DNA from: an uncultured delta proteobacterium
GTDB taxonomy: Bacteria > Desulfobacterota > Desulfobacteria > Desulfobacterales > Desulfatirhabdiaceae
DNA: 64,000 bases
Assembly: GCA_963789395.1 (NCBI GenBank)
Contig: CAWBKP010000017.1
Location: 54,612 to 118,611, forward strand
Direction: 5' to 3'
In this document: positions 53,287 through 63,867 of the stretch, one piece after another
How positions within the stretch are numbered: position 1 is the first letter of the stretch
Layout of the letters: each line of letters opens with the position of its first letter
Notes under the pieces: model-generated
What the model was told of the DNA's origin: nothing
The model's input: only the letters and a program-made list of their open reading frames with translations
The model's database searches: none
Translations under genes and position numbers: made by a program

Positions 53287-54081
53287 ATGGATCGCATGAC
53301 CCTGCCCTGCAAAGCGGTTGCCCTGGAAGCCCGTCTGAAATCCTGCCGCAATGTCATTACCCTGGGTGTGAAGCCGAATTTTTCCGATTACAGCGCAGCC
53401 GATGCCGCGCTGATCCTCCAGGCTCCAAAGGTTTATTATCCGTCCGCGTTTTATGCCGATCTTCTTGATGCAGCCGGTATCGCCACGTTTCCCAGTTACC
53501 ACACCTATAAATGTGTTCAGGATAAGATCAAGCAGACCGCCCTATTCAATATACTGGGGATTCCCCATCCTCGGACCCGCGTGTTTTATGGCAAACGGCA
53601 GATTGCCGCCATTACCCAGTATTTTCACTTTCCATTCATTGCCAAAATTCCCAGGGGTTCGGCCATGGGAAGAGGCGTTTTCAGGATTCGAAATACTGAA
53701 GATCTCGAACGCTATGCTCTGAACGCAACCATTGCTTATATTCAGGAATATCTGCCCATGGACCGGGATATTCGCGTGGTGGTGATTGGAAATCGCCTGA
53801 TTCACGCATACTGGCGAATTGCACCTGCGCATGATTTCCGTGCCAATGTGGCGGTTGGCGGAACCGTCAGTCTTGAGCCGGTTCCACTTGCCGCCAAGCA
53901 GCTTGCTCTGGATACAGCCCGAAAATGCCGATGGGATGATGTGGGAATTGACATCTGTTACTGCAATGGTCAGTATTATGTCATTGAAGGCAATATGAAA
54001 TACGGCAAGGAAGGCTTCCGGCAGGCGGGTATTGATTATTTTCATCTGATGGAGACCATGATCGAAAATGGCCAGATCTGA
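53287..54081 (+). CDS. RimK-like ATP-grasp ligase
   Basis: QDK, FPFIAKIPRGSAMGRGV, YIQEYL, DIRVVVIG, FRANVAVGG, GIDI, VIEGN. Confidence 0.88.
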   Translation: MDRMTLPCKAVALEARLKSCRNVITLGVKPNFSDYSAADAALILQAPKVYYPSAFYADLLDAAGIATFPSYHTYKCVQDKIKQTALFNILGIPHPRTRVFYGKRQIAAITQYFHFPFIAKIPRGSAMGRGVFRIRNTEDLERYALNATIAYIQEYLPMDRDIRVVVIGNRLIHAYWRIAPAHDFRANVAVGGTVSLEPVPLAAKQLALDTARKCRWDDVGIDICYCNGQYYVIEGNMKYGKEGFRQAGIDYFHLMETMIENGQI

Positions 54082-55235
54082 TTCTGTTCCCCATACTGTT
54101 CAGCAGGCATTAAATCAGCGGGAGATGGATTATCTCTGCCCGCTTGGTGCATTCAGTCAAGATGGCATTCGGCGGCTTCCTGATTCCCATGAGGACACCG
54201 ATTTCCGCCAGGCGTTTTCAATTGACGGAGACCGGATTCTCCATTCCCTGGCCTATACCCGGTATATCGACAAAACCCAGGTTTTTTATCTGGTTCAAAA
54301 CGATCATATCACCCACCGGGTGCTTCATGTGCAGCTGGTTTCCAAAATTGCCCGAACCATCGGCAGATATTTAGGCCTCAATGAAGACCTGATTGAAGCC
54401 ATTTCCCTGGGTCATGACATCGGCCATACGCCTTTCGGCCATGACGGCGAAACGTTTTTGTCTGAGATCTGCCGGGCAAACGGCATCGGATCTTTTCTCC
54501 ACAACCTGCAAAGCGTTCAGTTTCTGGATCGCGTTGAACGAAAGGGAAAGGGCTGGAATCTCTGCCTTCAGACACTGGACGGCATTCTCTGCCATGATGG
54601 CGAGATCCATAATGAGCGGCTCGAACCCTATCGAGCCAAGACGTTCGAAACACTTCAACGAGAAATCGCGGCAAAACAGCATGATCCCTCCGTCCGGTTG
54701 GTGCCCATGACCCTGGAAGGATGCGTGGTCCGGATGGCGGACACCATCAGCTACATCGGCAGGGACATTGAAGATGCCATACGCCTGAACATGATCCGGC
54801 GATCCGAGCTTCCTGCCAAAAGCGTCAAGGTTCTGGGAAGCAGCAACGGCACCATTGTCTATCGCCTGGTAACGGACATGATCCAGAACAGCTTTCAACA
54901 TACGTTTTGCCGCCTTCAGCCCCGAGGTCTCCGATGCCCTGGAGTCTTTAAAAGCCTTCAATCTTGAGAAAATTTATTTGAATCCGGATATAAAAAGTCA
55001 TACGGCCGTTATTCGCAATCTCTTCCGCCTGCTCTTTGATCGGTATCTGACTGATATTGAGAATGAAAACCACAGTTCAGTTATTTTTTCCGGATTTTTG
55101 ATGAATATGTCGGATGACTATCTTAACGGCCATCGCCCGGCTGAAATCGTGCGGGATTTTATCGCCGGCATGACGGACCGGTACTTTCTGGCCCAGTGCC
55201 CCGAGGGGCTGCGGCCTATCCCGCGACCTTTTTAG
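54068..55235 (+). CDS. HD-domain dNTP triphosphohydrolase-like (dGTPase family); frameshift near 54905
   Basis: DRILHS, KTQVF, THRVLH, GHDIGHTPFGHDGE, ADTISY..DIED; C-terminal VRDFIAGMTDRY in the next frame. Confidence 0.88.
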
Positions 55236-55239
55236 CCAG

Positions 55240-55980
55240 ATGAAATCCCAGCAGCGATCGTATCGAAACGCCATCCAGGGCAGCCGCCTGGTTCATTTTC
55301 AGGTTACGGTCAAGGAAACCGACCTGATGGTGAGTGCCACAGCTCTTCTGGAATCCGCGGCCCGGGAGCTGATTTTGCTCCATCGCGGATATCTTGAAAC
55401 CTATATCGATCAGAATCCGGATTTTTTAACCACCCTAAGGCCCTGGCGGATATCTGGACCGGCTCCGGCGATTGTTCGAGAGATGTCGCTGGCAGGTGAA
55501 AAAGCCGGCGTCGGCCCCATGGCGGCGGTGGCCGGCGCCATTTCCGAAGCTGTCGGCAGGGGCCTGCTTCAGGTTTCAGACGAAGTCATTGTAGAAAACG
55601 GCGGGGACACGTTTTTAAAAACACGTCTGCCTGTAATTGTCGGTATTTATGCCGGCAACTCTCCCTTAAGCCTGAAAATCGGGCTGAAAGTTGACTCAAC
55701 CACCCGGCCGGTATCCCTGTGCACCTCATCCGGCACCGTCGGGCATTCGCTGAGCTTTGGAAGGGCCGATGCCGTATGCGTGATGTCCGACTCCTGCGCG
55801 CTTGCCGATGCTGCTGCAACAGCTGTGGGCAATCGCGTTAAAACCGCCGGAGATATTGCAAACGCTATCCATTTCGGGAAAAGTATCCCCGGTGTGTCGG
55901 GACTGGTCGTTATCATCGGAAAAGATATGGGCCTGTGGGGAAGCCTTGAAGTGATACCGGTCGGGGGAAAAAAATGTTGA
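55240..55980 (+). CDS. UPF0280 / ApbE-like protein
   Basis: VKETDL, VGPMAAVAGA, VENGGD, CTSSGTVGHSLSFG.ADAV, ADAAATA. Confidence 0.9.
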   Translation: MKSQQRSYRNAIQGSRLVHFQVTVKETDLMVSATALLESAARELILLHRGYLETYIDQNPDFLTTLRPWRISGPAPAIVREMSLAGEKAGVGPMAAVAGAISEAVGRGLLQVSDEVIVENGGDTFLKTRLPVIVGIYAGNSPLSLKIGLKVDSTTRPVSLCTSSGTVGHSLSFGRADAVCVMSDSCALADAAATAVGNRVKTAGDIANAIHFGKSIPGVSGLVVIIGKDMGLWGSLEVIPVGGKKC

Positions 55981-56114
55981 GTTTTTGCTATGAACAGCGT
56001 AAGTTGCCGGTCAGTGACGTTGCGATATCGGAAACAAGGCGATGCTATCCGGCCGGTATCAGGGCCAGTATTGCCCCCTGAATGTTGCGCTTTCATATCA
56101 AAAGGACGGCAATT

Positions 56115-56600
56115 TTGGAAACCATGTGGGCGCCCTGGCGCATTGAGTACATCAAGGCTGAAAAACAAAGCGGGTGCGTGTTTTGTCAAGCCCTGACAAT
56201 TCACGATGAACTGACCCTCTACAAAGGGGACACCACCCTTGTGGTCATGAACAAATACCCGTATATCAACGGCCACCTTCTGGTTGCGCCGGTTCGGCAT
56301 CTATCCCGGCTGGACGAGCTTTCCCGGAATGAAATGCGGGATCTTCTGATCACCGTTGAAAAAGCGGTGCATATCGAGAAGGAAATCCTGAAACCCGATG
56401 GGTTCAATGTCGGCCTCAATCTTGGTAAAGTGGCCGGGGCCGGTATCGAAGAACACCTGCATTTTCATGTTGTTCCCAGGTGGTTCGGTGACACGAACGC
56501 CCTGACTGTTTTTGCGGATATCCGCGTCATTCCGGAACATCTGAAGGCTACTTTTGATTCTCTAAAGCCGTTATTTTCGAAGCTGTGCCAAACAATTTAA
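56115..56600 (+). CDS. HIT-family nucleotide hydrolase (Ap4A phosphorylase-like)
   Basis: MWAPWR, CVFC, NKYPYINGHLL, GFNVGLN, HLHFHVVPRW. Confidence 0.92.
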   Translation: METMWAPWRIEYIKAEKQSGCVFCQALTIHDELTLYKGDTTLVVMNKYPYINGHLLVAPVRHLSRLDELSRNEMRDLLITVEKAVHIEKEILKPDGFNVGLNLGKVAGAGIEEHLHFHVVPRWFGDTNALTVFADIRVIPEHLKATFDSLKPLFSKLCQTI

Positions 56601-56655
56601 ATGCGGTGCATTCCAGAAGCTGAAGCGAATAAATACTCAATAAAAGGAGTGACCC

Positions 56656-57039
56656 ATGACAAAAATCCGAATAGCACTTTTGATCGCGGTACTGGGCTTT
56701 TGCGGTCTGGTTGTTTATCAGAACATGGGGTATTTATCATCGCCGGCCAGCCTTCAAATAAATCTTTGGGTAACCGGCCCTTTTTATTTGAGCAGCATTA
56801 TTAATGCGCAGCTGATTCTGGGGGCGTTTTTTGCCGGGCTGCTGTTATCCTATTTCTTCGGCCTGTCTTTCCGCTTTAAAAACAATAAAATCATTGCTGA
56901 CTTGAACGCAACCCTCAATTCCCAGATCCAAACCATAGATGCCCTGAAAAGCGAACTAAGTGTATATAAGGGGCAAGGGCCGCAGCAAGATTCCCTGCAG
57001 GCGCCTCCGTTGCCCGAGGATTCTGCTGAAAACACCTGA
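56656..57039 (+). CDS. LapA-family membrane protein
   Basis: TM-QN-TM-coiled coil architecture; AAGGAG RBS. Confidence 0.7.
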   Translation: MTKIRIALLIAVLGFCGLVVYQNMGYLSSPASLQINLWVTGPFYLSSIINAQLILGAFFAGLLLSYFFGLSFRFKNNKIIADLNATLNSQIQTIDALKSELSVYKGQGPQQDSLQAPPLPEDSAENT

Positions 57040-57043
57040 CCCC

Positions 57044-59788
57044 ATGCTTTCTTCCCAGCCAACCCCCATGATGAAGCAGTATCTTGCGATAAAAAGCGAG
57101 CATCCCGACGCGTTGCTGTTTTATCGCATGGGGGATTTTTATGAGATGTTTTTTGAGGATGCGGAAGTTGCATCCCCTGTCCTGGAAATTGCCTTAACTT
57201 CCCGCAATAAAAATGATGAATTCCCGGTTCCCATGTGCGGCGTTCCGTATCGGGCTGCCCAGGGCTATATTGCCAAGCTGATTGACCAGGGTTTCAAGGT
57301 CGCTATCTGTGACCAGACCGAAGACGCATCTCAGGCCAAGGGATTGGTCCGCCGCGAAGTGGTCCGTGTCATTACTCCGGGAATGATCGTAGAAGATGCG
57401 CTCCTGGATGAAAAGACCCACAATTTCATACTGGCCATCTGCCGTCACGAAAACGATATCGGGCTGTCCTATCTGGATATTTCGACCGGGACATTCCGAT
57501 TGACCCAATCCGACAACCGGGATGTGATTCGCGATGAAATCATTCGCATCTCACCCCGTGAATTTCTGCTTCCGGAATCTTTGCAGCAGGATACGGCGCT
57601 TGACGCCTTTCAGCAGCTGTTTAACGGAAAGGCTGTCTCCTATACTCAGGATCTGCATTTTGAATATCGGAACGCCCGTGAAAAACTCATCCGCCAGTTT
57701 CAAACATTTTCTCTGGAAGGATTCGGATGTGAAGCACTGGTTGCCGGAGTGGGGGCGGCTGGTGCCCTGATCACCTATGTCCAGGAATCCCAGAAACAGG
57801 CAATCGATCACGTCCGCGGCATTGAAACGTATATGCAAAGTCAGTTTCTGACGGTGGATGACGTCAGTTGCCGAAATCTGGAGCTGATGCAGACCATTCA
57901 GGGAGATACGCGCAAAGGGACGCTGTTGAGTGTTCTGGATCGAACCGTTACGGCCATGGGGGGAAGACGGCTGAAGAACTGGATGCGTTATCCGCTTATG
58001 GGAATTGAAGCCATCCAGCTTCGCCTGAATGCGGTGGATGAAGCCAAAACCCGGATTCAGCTGACACACCGTGTCCGGGAGTCTCTCAAAAAAATCGGAG
58101 ATCTGGAACGCCTCGGGAGTAAAATCGTCATGGGTCGCTGCAATGCCAGGGATCTGCTTTCTCTGCGAACGTCTCTGGAGGCGCTCCCTGAAATTTACGA
58201 TGCGCTTGCTGCATTCAAGGCCGATCTTTTTTCGTGGGAATCCCATGGTCCCTGTCTGGATGAACTCGAAAATCTGGCGGCGCTGATTCAGCGAGCGATT
58301 CGCGAAGATGCCCCGCCTGTGATTCATGACGGCGGTATGATCAAGCCCGGCTTTGACGCGAAGCTGGATGAATGGATCCAGATCAGCCAGGATGGAAAGG
58401 GGTGGCTTACAAGGCTTGAAGTCGAGCAGCGGCAGGCTACCGGGATTCAATCTCTTAAAGTCCGGTTCAACAAGGTCTTCGGCTATTATATTGAAATTTC
58501 AAAAAACCAGTCCAAGTCGGTTCCTGCCCATTATATTCGAAAACAGACCCTGGTCAATGCGGAAAGATATATTACCGGAGATCTGAAAGAATTCGAGTCA
58601 AAGATCCTGAGTGCCGAATCCGAGCGATCTGCCTTGGAACATCAGATTTTTATGGACATCTGTCAGGCTGCCGCCGCCAACCATAAGCTGATTCATCGGG
58701 TTGCGGATTTTATCGCCCAGCTGGACTGTCTGATGAATCTGGCGGACATTGCGGATCAGCATGACTATATTCGCCCGGAAATTCGTACCGACGGCGTACT
58801 TGCCATTGAAGACGGTCGGCATCCCGTGGTGGAACAAATGCTTGCAGGGGGCCGGTTTGTCCCGAACTCCATTTCAATGGACGATACGCAAAATCAAGTC
58901 CTGATCATTACAGGACCGAACATGGCCGGAAAATCCACCGTCCTCAGGCAGGTCGCCCTTCAGGTGCTGATGGCGCAGATGGGTTCTTTTGTTCCTGCGC
59001 GCAGTGCCGCCATTTCGCTGATTGACCGGATATTTACCCGTATCGGCGCCCTGGACAATCTGTCCAGCGGTCAAAGCACATTTATGGTGGAGATGGAAGA
59101 AACCGCCAATATCTTGAACAGCGCCACGCATCAAAGTCTGGTCATCATGGATGAAATCGGCAGGGGAACCAGCACCTATGACGGGTTCAGCATTGCCTGG
59201 GCCGTGGTTTCCCATCTGCATGAATTAAAGGGCAAAGGCGTAAAAACCCTGTTTGCAACCCATTACCACGAGTTGACGGCCCTGGAACGATTAAACTCCC
59301 GGGTAAAAAATTTTAATATCAGTGTCAAGGAATGGCAGGATCAGATCATTTTTCTGCGCAAGCTGGTTGAAGGCGGCGCCAGTCGCAGTTATGGGATACA
59401 GGTGGCCCGTCTTGCCGGCATTCCTGAATCCGTCATAAGCCACGCCAAGGTCATTTTACAAGATATCGAAGATGAAAATCACCATTTCCCGGCTGCATCC
59501 AGGACCGGAAACAGAAAAAAATCCCCAAGACCGGCTCCGGTTCAACTGGGGTTGTTTTCGGATATTGAAAACGTTATTGTCGATAAGCTGAAAAAAATTG
59601 AAATTGCCACCATGACCCCGCTGGAGGCCCTGAACTGTTTGAACGAACTCCGCGATCATGCCTTAAAGGGGGGGGATAACCCCCCCTTGCTTGATCTTTT
59701 TCAAGAAAGGCGAAAAATGATGTTATTCTATACAAAAAATATGATATATAACTGTATGATAAGACGTTCATGCAAAAGACCTGTCTGA
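57044..59788 (+). CDS. mutS: DNA mismatch repair protein MutS (true stop probably near 59679-59694)
   Basis: TPMMKQY, MGDFYEMF, TGPNMAGKST, STFMVEM, DEIGRGT, FATHYHEL, SYGIQVA, MTPLEAL; tail after the G8 run looks like read-through into intergenic DNA. Confidence 0.96.
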   Translation: MLSSQPTPMMKQYLAIKSEHPDALLFYRMGDFYEMFFEDAEVASPVLEIALTSRNKNDEFPVPMCGVPYRAAQGYIAKLIDQGFKVAICDQTEDASQAKGLVRREVVRVITPGMIVEDALLDEKTHNFILAICRHENDIGLSYLDISTGTFRLTQSDNRDVIRDEIIRISPREFLLPESLQQDTALDAFQQLFNGKAVSYTQDLHFEYRNAREKLIRQFQTFSLEGFGCEALVAGVGAAGALITYVQESQKQAIDHVRGIETYMQSQFLTVDDVSCRNLELMQTIQGDTRKGTLLSVLDRTVTAMGGRRLKNWMRYPLMGIEAIQLRLNAVDEAKTRIQLTHRVRESLKKIGDLERLGSKIVMGRCNARDLLSLRTSLEALPEIYDALAAFKADLFSWESHGPCLDELENLAALIQRAIREDAPPVIHDGGMIKPGFDAKLDEWIQISQDGKGWLTRLEVEQRQATGIQSLKVRFNKVFGYYIEISKNQSKSVPAHYIRKQTLVNAERYITGDLKEFESKILSAESERSALEHQIFMDICQAAAANHKLIHRVADFIAQLDCLMNLADIADQHDYIRPEIRTDGVLAIEDGRHPVVEQMLAGGRFVPNSISMDDTQNQVLIITGPNMAGKSTVLRQVALQVLMAQMGSFVPARSAAISLIDRIFTRIGALDNLSSGQSTFMVEMEETANILNSATHQSLVIMDEIGRGTSTYDGFSIAWAVVSHLHELKGKGVKTLFATHYHELTALERLNSRVKNFNISVKEWQDQIIFLRKLVEGGASRSYGIQVARLAGIPESVISHAKVILQDIEDENHHFPAASRTGNRKKSPRPAPVQLGLFSDIENVIVDKLKKIEIATMTPLEALNCLNELRDHALKGGDNPPLLDLFQERRKMMLFYTKNMIYNCMIRRSCKRPV

Positions 59789-59792
59789 AAAA

Positions 59793-61521
59793 ATGATGAC
59801 CAAACGACTTGAATTTTGGGGACTTGTATTGCTGTGCGCTGTTTTCTCGGGAGCGTTGACATCTGACGCATCAACGGCAAAGGACAGGTATGCACAGGCA
59901 GATGCCTGCTATCATAAGCTGCTGAAGAGTCCTGAAAAGCAAAAATTCCGCCACAATTGGGTTCAATGCATTGAAGCATTCCAGGACGTTTACAAGTCAG
60001 ACCCGACAGGTCCGATGGCTTCCGCCGGCCTGTATATGGTCGGCTATTTGTATGATGAGCTGTATCGGGTTTCGAAAAAAACCGCCGACAAAAAAGAAGC
60101 GCTTGATTGCTATGAACGGGTTGTCAAACGCTATCCCCAAAGCAGTCATATGCCAAAAGCAAAAGCCGCCATTGGCAGGATTGTCCAATCCTGAAAACTG
60201 CAATCCGCCTTCAAAAAGCAACGGCAAACCGCCACGAACCGAAAAAGCCTCCGCCGAACACGATCCGCCCGTATCTTCCGCATCCGTGGAGTCTTCCTGT
60301 CCGCCGCTTACCGGCTACAGCCAAATCAGCGATCTTCGCGTCTGGTCCAATCCCAGTTATACACGGATCGTCATCGATGCGGATAAGGAGACCACTTATG
60401 AACACCGGGTGTTGAAGAAAGACCCGTCGATCGATAAACCCCAGAGGCTATACATAGATTTCAATCAGAGCAAGCTCAGTAAGAGCCTGAAGAGCTTTAT
60501 CCCCATCGATGATGATCTGCTGATCGATGCCCGGGCAGGCCAGTATACGCTGGAATCCGTCCGGGTGGTTGTTGATATCAAGTCATTCAAATCCTACAAG
60601 ATTTTTTCACTGAATAACCCTTTTCGCATTATTCTGGATATCTGGGGAGATGATTCCGGTAGTGTCCCGGCAGAGCCGTCTTCTGCGCAGGAATTGGCTT
60701 TAGGTAAAGCAACCGGCAGAAGCAAAGGGAAAACCACTGCCAGAGAAACCGGAAAACATGCAAAACTCGAATCCGGCGCTTTGGCAAAGCAGCTGGCCCT
60801 GGGAGTAAGCCGTATCATTATTGATGCCGGGCACGGCGGCAAGGATTTTGGCGCGCCTGGGGCGATAAAGGGGGTTTTCGAAAAAGATATTACATTGGCC
60901 ATCAGCAAGAGATTGGCTGCAAAAATTCGTGACACGCTGAAATGTGAGGTCGTCATGACCCGAACTACGGATCGCTATTTGACACTTGAAGAGCGAACCG
61001 CCATCGCCAACACCAAAAATGGTGACCTTTTCATCTCCATACATACCAACGCCGCAAAAAATCCGGAAGCATACGGAATAGAAACATTTTTTCTGAATCT
61101 GGCAACCGATGACGAATCCATCCTGGTGGCTGCCCGTGAAAATGCGACGTCCACCAAGAATATCAGCGATCTGCAAAGCATCCTGACCGATTTGATGCAG
61201 AATGCCAAAGTCAATGAATCAAGCCGCCTTGCCGCCCGCGTCCAGGATAATCTGTGTAATCATATGAGCAGTAAATACAGCAATATCAAAAACAAAGGGG
61301 TAAAAAAAGCGCCGTTTTACGTGCTGCTGGGCGCTCAGATGCCTTCCATACTGGTGGAAACATCATTTATCAGCAACGAGCGGGAATGTTCGCGGCTGGC
61401 GTCTCCGGAGTATCAGGACCGGATTTGTGACGCCATTATTTCAGGGGTTGGCCGCTATATCAGAGACATCAATCCGACCGCTTTTTATGACAAGAAAGAT
61501 CATGGCTCCCCGCCCACTTAA
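59793..61521 (+). CDS. N-acetylmuramoyl-L-alanine amidase (TPR + AMIN + Amidase_3); frameshift near 60185
   Basis: Signal peptide, TPR-like N-terminus; YTRIVID, IIDAGHGGKD, ERTAIAN, FISIHTNA, PSILVETSFISN. Confidence 0.9.
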
Positions 61522-61564
61522 GGGCTTTGGCGGCAACCAAATTCCCAAATACGGAGGAAAACAG

Positions 61565-62359
61565 ATGGATTTCAAACATATATTGTTTCAGGTTGAGGAT
61601 GGGATCGCCACATTGACATTCAACCGCCCCAAGGCTTTAAATGCCCTGAACGGAGAACTGCTGGACGAAATGTCACGGGCTCTCGATGCGGTGGCCGGCG
61701 ATGAAGCGATACGCGTTCTTGTCCTTACCGGATCAGGAGACAAGTCTTTTGTTGCCGGCGCCGACATTACCGAGCTTGCCAGATGCAATGTGCTTCAGGC
61801 AAAGATATTTGCGTCCAAGGGACACAAAGTCATCAACAAACTTCAGTGTCTGGATGTTCCTGTCATTGCCGCGGTGAATGGATTCGCTTTGGGAGGGGGC
61901 AGCGAAATCGCCCTGGCATGCGATTTCATATACGCTTCCGAAAATGCTAAATTCGGGTTGCCCGAAATCACGCTGGGGATTATTCCCGGTTTTGGCGGCA
62001 CCCAGCGCCTGCCGAGACTGATTGGTTCCAACATGGCCAAGGAAATGATCTTTACCGGAAAAATGATTTCAGCTTCTGAAGCCAAAGATCTGGGTATGGT
62101 CAACCGGGTGGTTGCCGCGGATGAGCTGATAAAGGAAGTCATGGCCACTGCAAAAGCCATTTGCCAGAAAGGCAAAGTCTCTGTTCGGGCCGCCAAACAA
62201 GTGGTCAATGCCGGGTTGAATGTCGATCTGAAAACAGGCTGTCAAATGGAAGTGGACGCCTTTGCCCTGTGCATGTCCAGCGAAGACGCCAGGGAAGGGA
62301 CAACCGCATTTCTTGAAAAGCGCAAAGCGGTTTTCAAAGGCAGCATGTCCGGCGAATAA
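61565..62359 (+). CDS. crt: Enoyl-CoA hydratase/crotonase
   Basis: NRPKALNAL, FVAGADI, AVNGFALGGGSEIALACD, PEITLGIIPGFGGTQRL; GGAGG RBS. Confidence 0.9.
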   Translation: MDFKHILFQVEDGIATLTFNRPKALNALNGELLDEMSRALDAVAGDEAIRVLVLTGSGDKSFVAGADITELARCNVLQAKIFASKGHKVINKLQCLDVPVIAAVNGFALGGGSEIALACDFIYASENAKFGLPEITLGIIPGFGGTQRLPRLIGSNMAKEMIFTGKMISASEAKDLGMVNRVVAADELIKEVMATAKAICQKGKVSVRAAKQVVNAGLNVDLKTGCQMEVDAFALCMSSEDAREGTTAFLEKRKAVFKGSMSGE

Positions 62360-62471
62360 TTGGCCGCCACGCTTCGTTCTTCTGAAGGTGCCGTGTTCTT
62401 ATTTATAGGGTCATGGCATCGACATTATGCCAACCCAATGATGAATATCCCTTCTGAGAGTTTTGACTTTT

Positions 62472-62538
62472 GAATTTGTTTCGAATTTCGGATTTCGATA
62501 TTCGGATTTTGCTTGAACGGAACGTCCGTTCAAGCACT
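62472..62538. repeat. Degenerate heptamer tract plus perfect 12-bp hairpin (copy 1)
   Basis: TTGTTTCGAATTTCGGATTTCGATATTCGGATTT then TGCTTGAACGGA-ACG-TCCGTTCAAGCA. Confidence 0.75.
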
Positions 62539-62555
62539 TACCAGGAGTTGTTTGA

Positions 62556-63857
62556 ATGATTTTTGATATGGAGTTCGAAACCCTGCCGCGAGAGGCGCTG
62601 ACTGCCATTCAGCTAAGACGCCTCAGGGCGACGCTGGAACGGGTTTATGCCACGGTTCCGTTTTATCGAAAACGATTTGAGGAAGCTGGCATTACACCCA
62701 GCGATATCAATGATCTGTCGGATTTTCAGAAACTGCCCTTTACCACCAAACAGGACCTTCGGGACAATTATCCTTATGGCATGTTTGCGGTTCCGATGGA
62801 TAATGTGGTCCGGATTCATGCCTCATCCGGAACAACAGGTCTTCCGACCGTTGTCGGCTATACGGCAAGAGACATCATTACCTGGTCGGAGCTGATGGCC
62901 AGGGCGCTGACAGCCGGGGGCGCAGGCCGCAGGGACATTATCCATAATGCTTATGGCTATGGGCTTTTTACCGGCGGGCTGGGTGTCCACTATGGCGTTG
63001 AAAAACTGGGCGCATCGGTGATTCCGGTTTCCGGCGGCAACACCAAGCGCCAGATCGTTATCATGCGGGATTTCGGGCCGACCATTTTAACCTCAACCCC
63101 GTCTTATGCCCTTCACCTGGCTGAAGAGGCGGAAGATATGGGTGTTTCATTCGAATCCCTGAAATTCAAATTCGGCATCTTCGGCGCAGAACCCTGGTCT
63201 GAGCAGATGCGCCAGGAGATCGAGCGAAAACTTCACCTAAAGGCTGTGGATATCTACGGCCTCAGTGAAGTGATGGGCCCCGGGGTTGCGGTGGAGTGTC
63301 ATGAGGCCCAGAACGGACTGCATATTTTTGAAGATCATTTTATTCCCGAAATCATCGACCCGGCAACCGGATTGGTTCTGCCATATGGCGAAACCGGGGA
63401 ACTGGTTTTTACCTCGATTACCAAAGAAGCCTTTCCCATCATCCGGTACCGGACGCGCGATATCACATCGCTGAATCCCGAGCCCTGTATCTGCGGCAGA
63501 ACCCTGGTGCGCATGAAAAAAGTCAGCGGCCGAACCGATGACATGCTCATCATCCGGGGGGTGAATGTCTTTCCATCCCAGATTGAAAGCGTTCTGATGG
63601 AAATCGAAGGCATCGAACCCCATTATCAGCTCGTTGTGGACCGGGAAGACAACCTGGATACCCTGGCGGTCCATGTGGAAATCAGCGAGCGGAGTTTTTC
63701 CGATGAGGTCAAGGTACTGCAAGGGCTGGAAAGAAAAATTTCCCACAGCATCAAGGAATATTTGGGTGTTTCCGCCAGGGTCAAGCTGGTGGAGCCCAAA
63801 AAGATTGCCAGAAGTCAGGGAAAAGCCGTAAGGGTGATCGACAACCGCAAGATATGA
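62556..63857 (+). CDS. paaK: Phenylacetate--CoA ligase
   Basis: [62 protein letters not shown]. Confidence 0.94.
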   Translation: MIFDMEFETLPREALTAIQLRRLRATLERVYATVPFYRKRFEEAGITPSDINDLSDFQKLPFTTKQDLRDNYPYGMFAVPMDNVVRIHASSGTTGLPTVVGYTARDIITWSELMARALTAGGAGRRDIIHNAYGYGLFTGGLGVHYGVEKLGASVIPVSGGNTKRQIVIMRDFGPTILTSTPSYALHLAEEAEDMGVSFESLKFKFGIFGAEPWSEQMRQEIERKLHLKAVDIYGLSEVMGPGVAVECHEAQNGLHIFEDHFIPEIIDPATGLVLPYGETGELVFTSITKEAFPIIRYRTRDITSLNPEPCICGRTLVRMKKVSGRTDDMLIIRGVNVFPSQIESVLMEIEGIEPHYQLVVDREDNLDTLAVHVEISERSFSDEVKVLQGLERKISHSIKEYLGVSARVKLVEPKKIARSQGKAVRVIDNRKI

Positions 63858-63867
63858 CAGTTAATAT

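Noticed and set aside
62412..62429. Sigma-54 promoter TGGCATCGACATTATGC before paaK
   Set aside because: GG-to-GC spacing is 12 nt rather than the required 10.
62472..62510. CRISPR-like array
   Set aside because: Short degenerate 7-mers without unique spacers, and no cas genes.
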